Below, one piece after another: positions 54,411-62,956 of a stretch of 64,000 nucleotides of DNA (the first letter of the stretch is position 1; each line of letters starts with the position of its first letter). Position numbers and translations under genes: made by a program. Below the pieces are notes generated by a model that saw only the letters and a program-made list of their open reading frames with translations, had not been told where the DNA came from and ran no database searches. Source of the DNA: an uncultured Methanomassiliicoccales archaeon (GTDB lineage Archaea > Thermoplasmatota > Thermoplasmata > Methanomassiliicoccales > UBA472); the NCBI GenBank assembly GCA_963732855.1, contig CAVTBB010000003.1:7019-71018 (forward strand). Direction: 5' to 3'.

Positions 54411-54755
54411 TCAATCTCCCCTGACCTTGATCGCTATCTTTCCAGAATCTATCTTCCATTCGTAGGACTTCAGGACTATTCCAGTGTCCTCGGGCCACAT
54501 CCTGCCTGTCCTGATGTCGAACTGCCAGTCATGACATGGACATTTCAGGATGTATCCGTCCATGGACCCTCCACCGAGGGTGCAGCCCATGTGCGGACAG
54601 ATGTTGGAAAGAGCGAATATCTGCCCGTGACGTTTCATCAAAAGAACGGGCAGACCTTTTGGGGCAACGCAAGCTCCCCCATTCTCGTCCAGCACCTTCT
54701 CCTCCAGTACCGAGACCCATTCATCCATGACCATGAGCACACCGTTGTATTCCAT
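54411..54755 (-). CDS. Rieske-type [2Fe-2S] domain protein
   Basis: The 114-aa product has CPHMGCTL...CPCHDWQF (CxH...CxxH). Confidence 0.82.
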   Translation of the reverse strand: MEYNGVLMVMDEWVSVLEEKVLDENGGACVAPKGLPVLLMKRHGQIFALSNICPHMGCTLGGGSMDGYILKCPCHDWQFDIRTGRMWPEDTGIVLKSYEWKIDSGKIAIKVRGD

Positions 54756-54980
54756 TCCAGCAAAGAATCAATGTCAACCTCCGCTATAATATTCTATCAT
54801 GTTCACACTAAATGCGGACAAGAAATAGGTCCTCTTCCTCGGTCGAGCCATTGTGACCGACCGATGATATACCCGCTTGAAATTAAGACCGGCCTTGTTC
54901 CGTCCTAGAGTTGCTCCATGGCTCATTGTCAGTTCTAAAAACAGCACCCTGGAGGTCTATCCATATACGAAGATTACCGA

Positions 54981-54991
54981 TTTTATAAATA
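54981..54991 (+). promoter_or_regulatory. candidate TATA box for the radical SAM gene
   Basis: The element TTTTATAAATA ends 24 nt upstream of the ATG at 55015. This is consistent with a leaderless or short-leader archaeal transcript. Confidence 0.4.
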
Positions 54992-55014
54992 GAGACCTGA
55001 CGTTCTTTCGGACA

Positions 55015-55944
55015 ATGAATATGTCAGAGGCGAGGAAGTACAGCTATTATGCGGGGTGGCTCCTTCGTTCATATATCGGCGATAAAAGGCCATTGGTTAA
55101 TACGATGATCATCCATTATAAGTGCAACCTGAGTTGCCAGCATTGCTCGATCGCGGCCAACCAGGACAAACTGCCCTCCCCCAGATCGATGTCCTTTGAA
55201 ACCATAATCAAAGAGATGCAGACGACATTCGACGAGGGCGCCAGGATATTGTTCTTCGAGGGAGGGGAGCCGACCATTTGGTCGGATGGGGACAAAACAC
55301 TTGACAATCTTATCAAAGAGGGTCGAAGAATTGGATATTTCGTTATCGGCTACACGACGAACGGAATCGGCACATTATTCGAGGAGAGCGATGTGATCTC
55401 CGTGAGCCTTGATGGACCAAGGGAGATACACGACCTTATCCGCGGCCCTGGTGTTTTCGACCAGCTGATGCGGAATCTCGGCAAAACGACCCACCCGAAC
55501 ATCTTCGCCAACATGGTAGTAACGAAAACGAACATCGAATACGTCAGGGCGACAGCGGAAATTGTAGCCAAGACCCCTACAGTAAAGGGGATGATGATCA
55601 ATTTCCTAACTCCCCCTCCATACGATATCTCCCTGACCCTCGAAGAAAAGAAAAAGGTGGTGGAAGAGGTCATTGGACTGAAGAAAGAGGGCCTCCCCAT
55701 CGTCAACTCCAACAAGGCCCTGAAAGAACTGCTCATCGAGAACTACTCTGGAAGATGCCCCTATTGGATATCATCATTCACATTGCCGAATGGCACCAAG
55801 TTCCACGGATGTCCTATGGAAGGGACCGCGTCATGCAAGAACTGTGGGTTCGATGCCGTAAGAGAGTATCGACTCATCCTGAGAGGCGACGTCGGAACGA
55901 TATCTAAAATGTCCAGGTTCGCACAATCAAAACAATCACGATAA
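55015..55944 (+). CDS. radical SAM protein with C-terminal Cys cluster (SPASM/twitch-like)
   Basis: The radical SAM motif is CNLSCQHC (CxxxCxxC), with GGEPT and VSLDGPREIHD. The C-terminal Cys residues are CPYW...HGCPMEGTASCKNCG. The ATG at 55015 is supported by the upstream TATA. Confidence 0.8.
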   Translation: MNMSEARKYSYYAGWLLRSYIGDKRPLVNTMIIHYKCNLSCQHCSIAANQDKLPSPRSMSFETIIKEMQTTFDEGARILFFEGGEPTIWSDGDKTLDNLIKEGRRIGYFVIGYTTNGIGTLFEESDVISVSLDGPREIHDLIRGPGVFDQLMRNLGKTTHPNIFANMVVTKTNIEYVRATAEIVAKTPTVKGMMINFLTPPPYDISLTLEEKKKVVEEVIGLKKEGLPIVNSNKALKELLIENYSGRCPYWISSFTLPNGTKFHGCPMEGTASCKNCGFDAVREYRLILRGDVGTISKMSRFAQSKQSR

Positions 55945-56911
55945 GTAATTCATTCGCTATGGCCAGCTTTAGGAACTGAGGTATAGGGCGCCAATACTGA
56001 AGATCATCTTTCTTGTTCAGCAGTCTTACGGCACCGATCGCAATGGGCACAGTGAGGAACAACACGACAAACCAGGGATCGAGCACGACGGCGCATGCCA
56101 CAAAGACATAGTAGGAAATGAGAAGTGCCGATTCAAACTTCTTCAGGTTACCAAGCCCGAACCGGACTACCAGATTCCTTTCCCCCATCTTAAGATGGGC
56201 AGGGATTCCAGGGGCTTCATCGGATATCCTCATCAACATCACCGTGGTGCCGACCGTCAATGATAGGAACAGGATCGTCCAATTGAATTGCTGGACAATC
56301 ACATAGTATGAGAAAAAGGAGATCATCATGAATGACAGGAACACGTCGATCTCCCCCAGTCCCTTAGCCCCAAGGTTCAATGGCGGGGCAGTATAGAAGA
56401 AGGCTAGAGCAAGAGATATCAGGCCAAGCACTATGACCAGTAACCCGCCAAAGATGACAATCGGTATGGCAATCAACACCGCTATGGCGCCAAGGAAGAG
56501 CATTAACATCCTACCCTGCCTGTCGGAGATGATGCCACGATCCAGAGAATTACCGGACCAGAAGACCTTCTGATTGAAGAGTTTCGCAATCCGGGCCTTC
56601 AGATCGGGGTCGTCGGTATATGAAAAACGCAATTTATCCACACCGCTCTTGTGGTCGAAGTAGTCATTGGAAAAGTTGACAAATAGGGCCAAAAAGAAGA
56701 CGTCCAGTGGTATTAACAAGGCGATGAGCCACTCCTGCTTCAGAGTTAGGGCGAACACCACCCCCACAACCGATGAGAGCACGAAAGGCAGCGTGTAGGC
56801 TATTCGAAGGACATCCTTAGTTTTCTCCCATCCAGTCACTTTCGTCTCAGAATCCATCAGATCACTTGCGTCGGGACGGCCAATGGCGCGAACGGTATTA
56901 TAGATTGCCAT
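55904..56911 (-). CDS. UbiA-superfamily prenyltransferase, MenA-like first motif
   Basis: The polytopic product has NFSNDYFDHKSGVD (NxxxDxxxxxD) as its first Asp-rich motif. The second motif region is atypical (RISDEAPGIPAHLKMGERNLVVRFG). The start is uncertain: the ORF is open to 57163 and 56911 or 56857 are plausible. Confidence 0.7.
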   Translation of the reverse strand: MAIYNTVRAIGRPDASDLMDSETKVTGWEKTKDVLRIAYTLPFVLSSVVGVVFALTLKQEWLIALLIPLDVFFLALFVNFSNDYFDHKSGVDKLRFSYTDDPDLKARIAKLFNQKVFWSGNSLDRGIISDRQGRMLMLFLGAIAVLIAIPIVIFGGLLVIVLGLISLALAFFYTAPPLNLGAKGLGEIDVFLSFMMISFFSYYVIVQQFNWTILFLSLTVGTTVMLMRISDEAPGIPAHLKMGERNLVVRFGLGNLKKFESALLISYYVFVACAVVLDPWFVVLFLTVPIAIGAVRLLNKKDDLQYWRPIPQFLKLAIANELLIVIVLIVRTWTF

Positions 56912-57255
56912 ATTCGTTGATGCCGCGGAAAGGAGTCCGTTTTTCCCAGTTCGGGTTGAGGAATTGAACCCAAATCGACGTTCTGTTCCTTTTTCATCGC
57001 TATCTTTTGACGAGGGGGGATGACCCATCCTGAACATCGGTGAATCAGTTGCCGATCTTGGAACCACTGGAAAGAAAAATGACAATGGCTCGCCGGAGCA
57101 ACTCCCCCCCTTGCATATGAACGGAAGTATAACGATCCTCTGTAACATCATATTGATCGCCATCGACCTCTGCTAACTGTAGCCTATAGAAAAATGATTC
57201 CGGAAAAAGTCATGAGGAAATGGTTTCTGGTAAATCGTTGGATAGGCTAGCCCAT

Positions 57256-57612
57256 TTAACCGCTGTTCGCGGTCAAGCAAGAGCAGTCCCTCGACCGGAC
57301 CTGATCCATGGTCCTTGTCTGGTCAGCGGAACCGTTACAGGCACGCAGGGCGCTGTTCGTGCAGTCCTGTGCTTGGGTATGGTTGCAGAGCGCCGTCCCA
57401 TTCATCTGACATGAGCCGTCCTGTAGTCGGTCCTGCGACTGTACCCTGTCCATATGACCGTTTCCGGCCCCCATCTTCTCACAAGTTGTCTGATCGCCTA
57501 TCATGTTCGATGTGCTCGCGCCGACCCCGTTCGCAAGCACCGCTCCGGTGGCCGCGAGAAGGACTAGCACACCAATCACACCAAAGGCCGCTATCATCTT
57601 TGCATTCTTCAT
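57256..57612 (-). CDS. small secreted/anchored Cys-rich protein with internal repeat
   Basis: The signal-like N-terminus is MKNAKMIAAFGVIGVLVLLAATGAVLA. The mature part has 8 Cys and the repeated motifs MDRVQSQDRLQDGSC and MDQVRSRDCSC. Confidence 0.5.
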   Translation of the reverse strand: MKNAKMIAAFGVIGVLVLLAATGAVLANGVGASTSNMIGDQTTCEKMGAGNGHMDRVQSQDRLQDGSCQMNGTALCNHTQAQDCTNSALRACNGSADQTRTMDQVRSRDCSCLTANSG

Positions 57613-57937
57613 TTCTGTACACTCCACCCGAACTGATCCGTTCAAGGCAACTGTTACTACAACTGAAAAAGCAGTTGAGCTTTCGCATTGGAAAGGGTGG
57701 AAAAGGTGAAAAGGCCCATATACTGGCCGGACAAAACCAGAAAACATCCTAAAATCTATCATCACCCTTGCCTCATTTTATGTGCTCCCGAGGGATGACC
57801 ACTATCTTCCCAAATTCGGGTGTGAACGAGGATGTCGAAGCTCGTGGAACGCAATACAGCTTCGATAGCAAATCAATATAAAGTGCGGGGTACGTTGAAA
57901 ACGCATCGGTTATTCAGTGAATACTGGTGGAATTAAA

Positions 57938-59875
57938 ATGGACAACGACCTGCCTGAGATTATTAACGTAGAGTGCCTGAGAGTCCCGGTCAAGAAGTTC
58001 AAACCCGACGAGATCGAGGAAAAGGTCAAGGAGCGGGCATTGGACAAATCGACGCAGGATGTCCTGAGAAAGACGATGAAGGAGGGCACCGACACCGTCT
58101 GGGACAGATTCGAAAGGCAGCAGCCGCAATGCAAGTTCTGTACTGAAGGGATATCCTGTCAGAGATGCGCCATGGGGCCATGCCGGCTGATGGGCGGAGA
58201 TCGCACTAGGGGCGTGTGCGGAGCCGATGCCGATCTGATGGTGGCAAGGAACCTGCTCGATACCATTGCGACAGGCGCGGCCTCCCATTCAGACCATGGA
58301 CGGGAAGTGGTGGAGACATTGCTGAAGACGGCCAGGGGGAAAGCCCCTGGATATGTCGTCAAGGATGAGGAAAAACTAAAGCTGTTGGCAGCTGAGTATG
58401 GCCTGCCTGCAGACGATTCCATTAACCAGATGGCGGAGAAGCTGGCTTTGGCAATGCTCGATGAGTTCGGTACGATCAAGGGGGAAATGCAGATGCCAAA
58501 GAGGGCTCCGGAGGCCTGTGTGGAGCTTTGGAAGGCTATCGGGATTCTGCCAAGGAGCATAGACAGAGAGATCGTGGAGGCGATGCACCGAGTGCACATG
58601 GGAGTAGGGGCGGACTACTCGGGTTTCTTGATGCAGGGCATGAGGGCCTCGATGGGAGACGGTTGGGGCGGTTCGATGATGGGAACGGAGATATCCGACG
58701 TACTGTTCGGCACTCCGACGATCAAGAGTTCCAAGGTCAATCTAGGCGTGCTCAAGCCTGATCAAGTGAACGTGTCCCTTCACGGTCACAATCCAGTGCT
58801 TTCCGAGATGATAGTCAGGGTCGCGAGCATGCCGGAAATGATCGCCCGAGCGAAAAACGTGGGGGCTAATGGCATCAACCTGGTCGGACTGTGCTGTACG
58901 GGCAACGAACTACTGATGCGTAAGGGGATACCTCAGGCCGGGAATCACCTGGACCAGGAACTGGTCATCACCACGGGGGCGCTCGAGGCCATGGTCGTCG
59001 ATTATCAATGCATATTCCCAACCCTGGCGAACACGTCCTCCTGCTACCACACAATGCTGTTCACGACCTCTCCTAAGGCGGTCATTCAGGGCAGCTACTA
59101 TGTTGAGATCACTCCCGAGAATGCGTTCGAGCAGTCGAAGAAGATCATTGGTGCCGCCATCGACAACTATCCTAACCGGGTAAAGGAAAGGATGCTCATA
59201 CCGGATGCACCAGTCGATGCCATGGTGGGCTTCTCCGTCGAATCGATAAGGAAGGCATTGGGTGGAAGCCTGAAGCCATTGCTGGACGTGGTGGTATCGG
59301 GAAAGATCCGAGGGTGCGTTGGGATCGTCGGCTGCAATAACCCACGGATCAAGCACGACTATGGCCATGTGACGCTGGCCAAGGAACTCATCAAGCGCGA
59401 CATTCTGTGCGTTGAGACGGGATGCTCGTCCATCGCGTGCGCCAAGGCCGGGTTGCTACAGCCGAGCTCGATAGACCAGGCGGGAAAGGGCCTGCAAGAG
59501 GTCTGCGGTTCCCTAGGCATACCGCCAGTCCTGCACATGGGTTCGTGCGTGGACAACAGCCGAATACTGGCATTGGTTGCTGAACTGGCCAGAACGGCAG
59601 GGGTGAGGATCGACCAATTGCCCGTGGCGGGTGCAGCTCCTGAATGGTATTCGCCAAAGGCGGTGGCGATCGGCAGCTATTTCGTCGGCAGCGGGGTAAG
59701 CGTGTGTCTAGGCGTGATGCCACACATAGGCGGAAGCCAGAACGTGATCAAGACACTGACCGACGACCTTGACGATCTGGTTCATGCTAAGTTCTGGGTA
59801 GAGCCGAACCCAAAGAGCGCAGCCGCCCTCCTGTCCGATCACATCGAAATTAAGAGGAAAGCGCTGGGGATGTGA
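57938..59875 (+). CDS. cooS: anaerobic Ni,Fe carbon monoxide dehydrogenase catalytic subunit
   Basis: The C-cluster ligand contexts are present: HGHNP, GLCCTGNE, DYQCIF, VGCNNP, ETGCSS and HMGSCVDNSR. The N-terminal motif is CKFCTEGISCQRCAMGPCR. The ATG at 57938 is preceded by GGTGG. Confidence 0.92.
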   Translation: MDNDLPEIINVECLRVPVKKFKPDEIEEKVKERALDKSTQDVLRKTMKEGTDTVWDRFERQQPQCKFCTEGISCQRCAMGPCRLMGGDRTRGVCGADADLMVARNLLDTIATGAASHSDHGREVVETLLKTARGKAPGYVVKDEEKLKLLAAEYGLPADDSINQMAEKLALAMLDEFGTIKGEMQMPKRAPEACVELWKAIGILPRSIDREIVEAMHRVHMGVGADYSGFLMQGMRASMGDGWGGSMMGTEISDVLFGTPTIKSSKVNLGVLKPDQVNVSLHGHNPVLSEMIVRVASMPEMIARAKNVGANGINLVGLCCTGNELLMRKGIPQAGNHLDQELVITTGALEAMVVDYQCIFPTLANTSSCYHTMLFTTSPKAVIQGSYYVEITPENAFEQSKKIIGAAIDNYPNRVKERMLIPDAPVDAMVGFSVESIRKALGGSLKPLLDVVVSGKIRGCVGIVGCNNPRIKHDYGHVTLAKELIKRDILCVETGCSSIACAKAGLLQPSSIDQAGKGLQEVCGSLGIPPVLHMGSCVDNSRILALVAELARTAGVRIDQLPVAGAAPEWYSPKAVAIGSYFVGSGVSVCLGVMPHIGGSQNVIKTLTDDLDDLVHAKFWVEPNPKSAAALLSDHIEIKRKALGM

Positions 59876-59900
59876 GGAAGAAAACAAAAAAACGAGAATC

Positions 59901-59920
59901 GGAGGGCACGAACCCTCTTT
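59901..59920 (+). terminator. short hairpin plus T-tract after cooS
   Basis: The sequence GAGGGcacgaaCCCTCtttc lies 26 nt after the cooS stop. It is a weak candidate. Confidence 0.25.
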
Positions 59921-59955
59921 CCTGATCGTGTCCATTGAAGGTCTGGGATTAGGAT

Positions 59956-60552
59956 TCAGCGTTGCAACTCGCTCATAGGGCTCGTTGCCCGGTCCGACCA
60001 TTCTTCCTTCAATAGTCCAAAGTACATCTGGTCCAGGAAACGGCCTCGGAAGAGATATCGTTCGCGCAAAGTACCTTCCGACTTGAAACGGAGCTTAATG
60101 AGGAGATTCTTGGATCGAATATTGCCCGCGAAAGGACTGGCTTCGATCCTGTGGAGACCCATCTCTTGAAATCCGTATGCCAGGACCTCTCTCAATGCTT
60201 CGGCCATCAGGCCTCTGTGCCAATATCTCGGATGCAATTCGTAACCTATCTCGGCGCACTGAAAACTAGGATCGAAATTCCATAGACAACACTCGCCGAT
60301 TACCACATCGTCCTCCTTTAGGGTAAGGACCCAGAAAATCGAATCTCGGATCGCATAATCGTCCACCCTACGTTGAAGCCAGGCTCTGGATTCCTCAATG
60401 GTCCGATGAGGTTCTTGACCATAGCACGCGGTCACTGATGGATCGGATTTGAAGGCATAGACGGCCTCGGTATCATCCATCCTCATCTGACGCATATATA
60501 GTCGGTCCGTTCTGAGCGTCGCCAGGTGGGTAAACGCACCATCCAGCGTCAT
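59956..60552 (-). CDS. GNAT family N-acetyltransferase (RimJ/RimL-like)
   Basis: The 198-aa product has LHPRYWHRGLMAEALREVLAYGF and LHRIEA motifs. Confidence 0.85.
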   Translation of the reverse strand: MTLDGAFTHLATLRTDRLYMRQMRMDDTEAVYAFKSDPSVTACYGQEPHRTIEESRAWLQRRVDDYAIRDSIFWVLTLKEDDVVIGECCLWNFDPSFQCAEIGYELHPRYWHRGLMAEALREVLAYGFQEMGLHRIEASPFAGNIRSKNLLIKLRFKSEGTLRERYLFRGRFLDQMYFGLLKEEWSDRATSPMSELQR

Positions 60553-60616
60553 GATGCTGGATATGGGTGAGGGGGATAAAAAGATTCAGACCCATCAAAG
60601 ACCGATAAATGGTCTA

Positions 60617-62562
60617 TCATGACTTCTGCACTGTCCGGCGCCATCCTCCCGGAGGCACCAATAACTCGAACCGGGCACCGCGCCCAGGTTGACCCGTCTC
60701 CCTGATGGTGGCCCCAGTGATCGCCAGTATCTCACGGGTGAGGAAAAGGCCTAGCCCAGTGTTCTTGCCATGACCTTTCTTGAAGACCTTTTCTTTATCT
60801 TCCAAAGGAATGCCTACGCCGTTGTCCTCATAAACGATCATCATGGCATCGCCAATTTGCTCAGCACTCATCTTGATACGGTTGACATGCTCACCATGGC
60901 GCATGGAATTGTCGATCAGGTTGTAAGGTACTTTCATGGCCAGCGGATCGATCATTATCTCTACACCGCCGGTCTTTTCCTCCAATGCCACGCCTTTCAG
61001 GTGAAGCTGGATGAAGGCTTCTGCAGTCTGTCGCCCGATCAACACCCATATCGGCGACTGGCTTCCTATGTCCTGATAATCCCGGGTGAATGCGATCTGC
61101 TGCTGCACGGTAGTGGCTGCCCGCGACATCTTGTCCAGGTAGGCGTTCAATTCGGATCCTTCTCCCTGAGCTTGGACAGCGCCAGGAATCCGGTGAGGAC
61201 CTGCATCTGATTGAGTATATCGTGCCGAGTAATGCTGTTCAGCATTCCGAGCTTGAGGCCAGCCTGCCGTAGTGCCTCTTCCGCACGCCTGCGTCCGGTA
61301 ATATCTTGAACGCTGGTTCTGAAACCGAGTGTTCTCCCGTTCGAATCCAGGATGGGCCGCCAGGAGATCGAAACCCAGAATTTTGAACCGTCTTTGCGTA
61401 ACGCTCTTAACTCCAAGTTATCACCGCTGCTTCCCTGGGACGCCCCTTGGATCTTTTCCCTTGCCAACTGACGGTCTTCCTCCGCGATGGCCATGGAAAC
61501 GAAATCCTTGGCGGCTATGTATTCTTCTGGCGAGAATCCGGTAAGAGCTATTGAAAATGTGTTCATCCACAGTAATTTTCCATCGGGATCGAACCATGAT
61601 TCCCAGCTTGCCGCATAATTGGCGATAGCCCTGAATTTCTCTTCACTCTCCCTCAAAGCATCCTCCGCCTTCCTACGTATGGAGACGTCAGTGATTATGA
61701 CGGTGAATTGCATTGGCGCATTGCGGCTGACGGAGACCTCATAATGTCGATCCAGCTTTTGTGAATAGTTCTCAAAATGGTCGGGAATGCCTGTCAAAGC
61801 GACTGTCCCATACTTCTCGATCCATATGGGCTCCACTTCCTTCAGTACTTCTCGTACCGTTTTTCCAAGAACATCGTTTCGTCTCAATCCCGTCATGCTC
61901 TCGAATGCAGCGTTCATGTCGAGGAATCGGTAGTCAGTGGGCGTTCCATCCTCGTCGCACAATATCTCGTGTACCGCGGAACCGTTCAGCATGCTCTCAA
62001 AAAGACTGCGGTACCTCGATTCGCTCGCACGCAATTCTTCCTCGGCCGCGGCCATGGCCTCGTTACCGGCACTTATCTCATCCAAACGGGAGCTCAGCTC
62101 CATTTTTGCCGCTGCCAATTCTTTGTTGGTCTTCAGCAATTTTCTGTTCCTCTGTTCCACTTCCTTGTCTGCCTGGCGCTTACACACTGCAGTTCTTATG
62201 CGGTGCTCCAGCTCCACATACATCGGCGCCGGCATCCCGCCCTTTTGAAGATAAGAGTCCGCACCATTGTTCAATGCCTCGATGACGACTTCCTCTCGAC
62301 CTTTGCCGGTGAATAGTATGAACGGGGTTTGATCACCTAATGCGCGCAATGATCTAAGGAACTGGATTCCATCCTCACTTGGCATCTGATAATCGGATAC
62401 TATCGCATCGTATCGTATCTCCAATAAGGCGGTTCTTGCCTCCGCCACGGAGGTGAAAATATCGACCTTTATGTCTCCAGGCCTTTCCAAGAATTCCTTG
62501 GAAAGATAGCCTAACTCTGGCTCGTCATCGACGGCCAAGACCCTGATTAGAAGGGGAGACAT
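60617..62562 (-). pseudogene. hybrid response-regulator / PAS-PAS / histidine kinase with a single-base frame shift between the H-box and the ATPase domain
   Basis: The product has a REC domain (RVLAVDDEP...DAIVSDYQMP), two PAS-like modules and an H-box (ITRHDILNQMQVL). The frame then breaks at ...REKDPN* / LNAYLDKMS...FTRDYQDIG...HATPase (DNGVGIP, GLGLFL). The span is 1946 nt, which is 3n+2. Confidence 0.85.
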
Positions 62563-62956
62563 GTAAGATCATATGAGAAAGGTGACCGTATTTATGGGCT
62601 CGCCCAACAATATCATCTGGCATTCTGATGATTGGGACGGAGAACGTCCAACCTAGATAACCTCAACCTGGCGACCGATAGGAATGCCTAAATTTCCTTA
62701 ACGATCTTAGAGATTGGAACAAACGATGTGGAAGTAAAGCAAAAATCATATTGGAACCTGAGTTTGACACATTTACCGGTCATTTATGACATTTTTTCAT
62801 AGAACATCGATGACTGGGTCGTCGATGCAAATGGCCAATCCGAAAATAATATGAGGTGTCCTCAGCCTTGCTGTAATTGTGCAAAGACAGTCCAGACTGA
62901 GGACAGCTCAGCTTACGCCAAACGAGAATAAATCTTTTCCCATCGGACCGAGTCTG

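Noticed and set aside
56912-57163. An 84-residue N-terminal extension of the UbiA-like ORF.
   Set aside because: The extension is non-hydrophobic, low-complexity sequence (…SSKDSDEKGTERRFGFNSSTRTG…) unlike UbiA N-termini. The internal Met codons at 56911 or 56857 give a typical length of ~317-335 aa.
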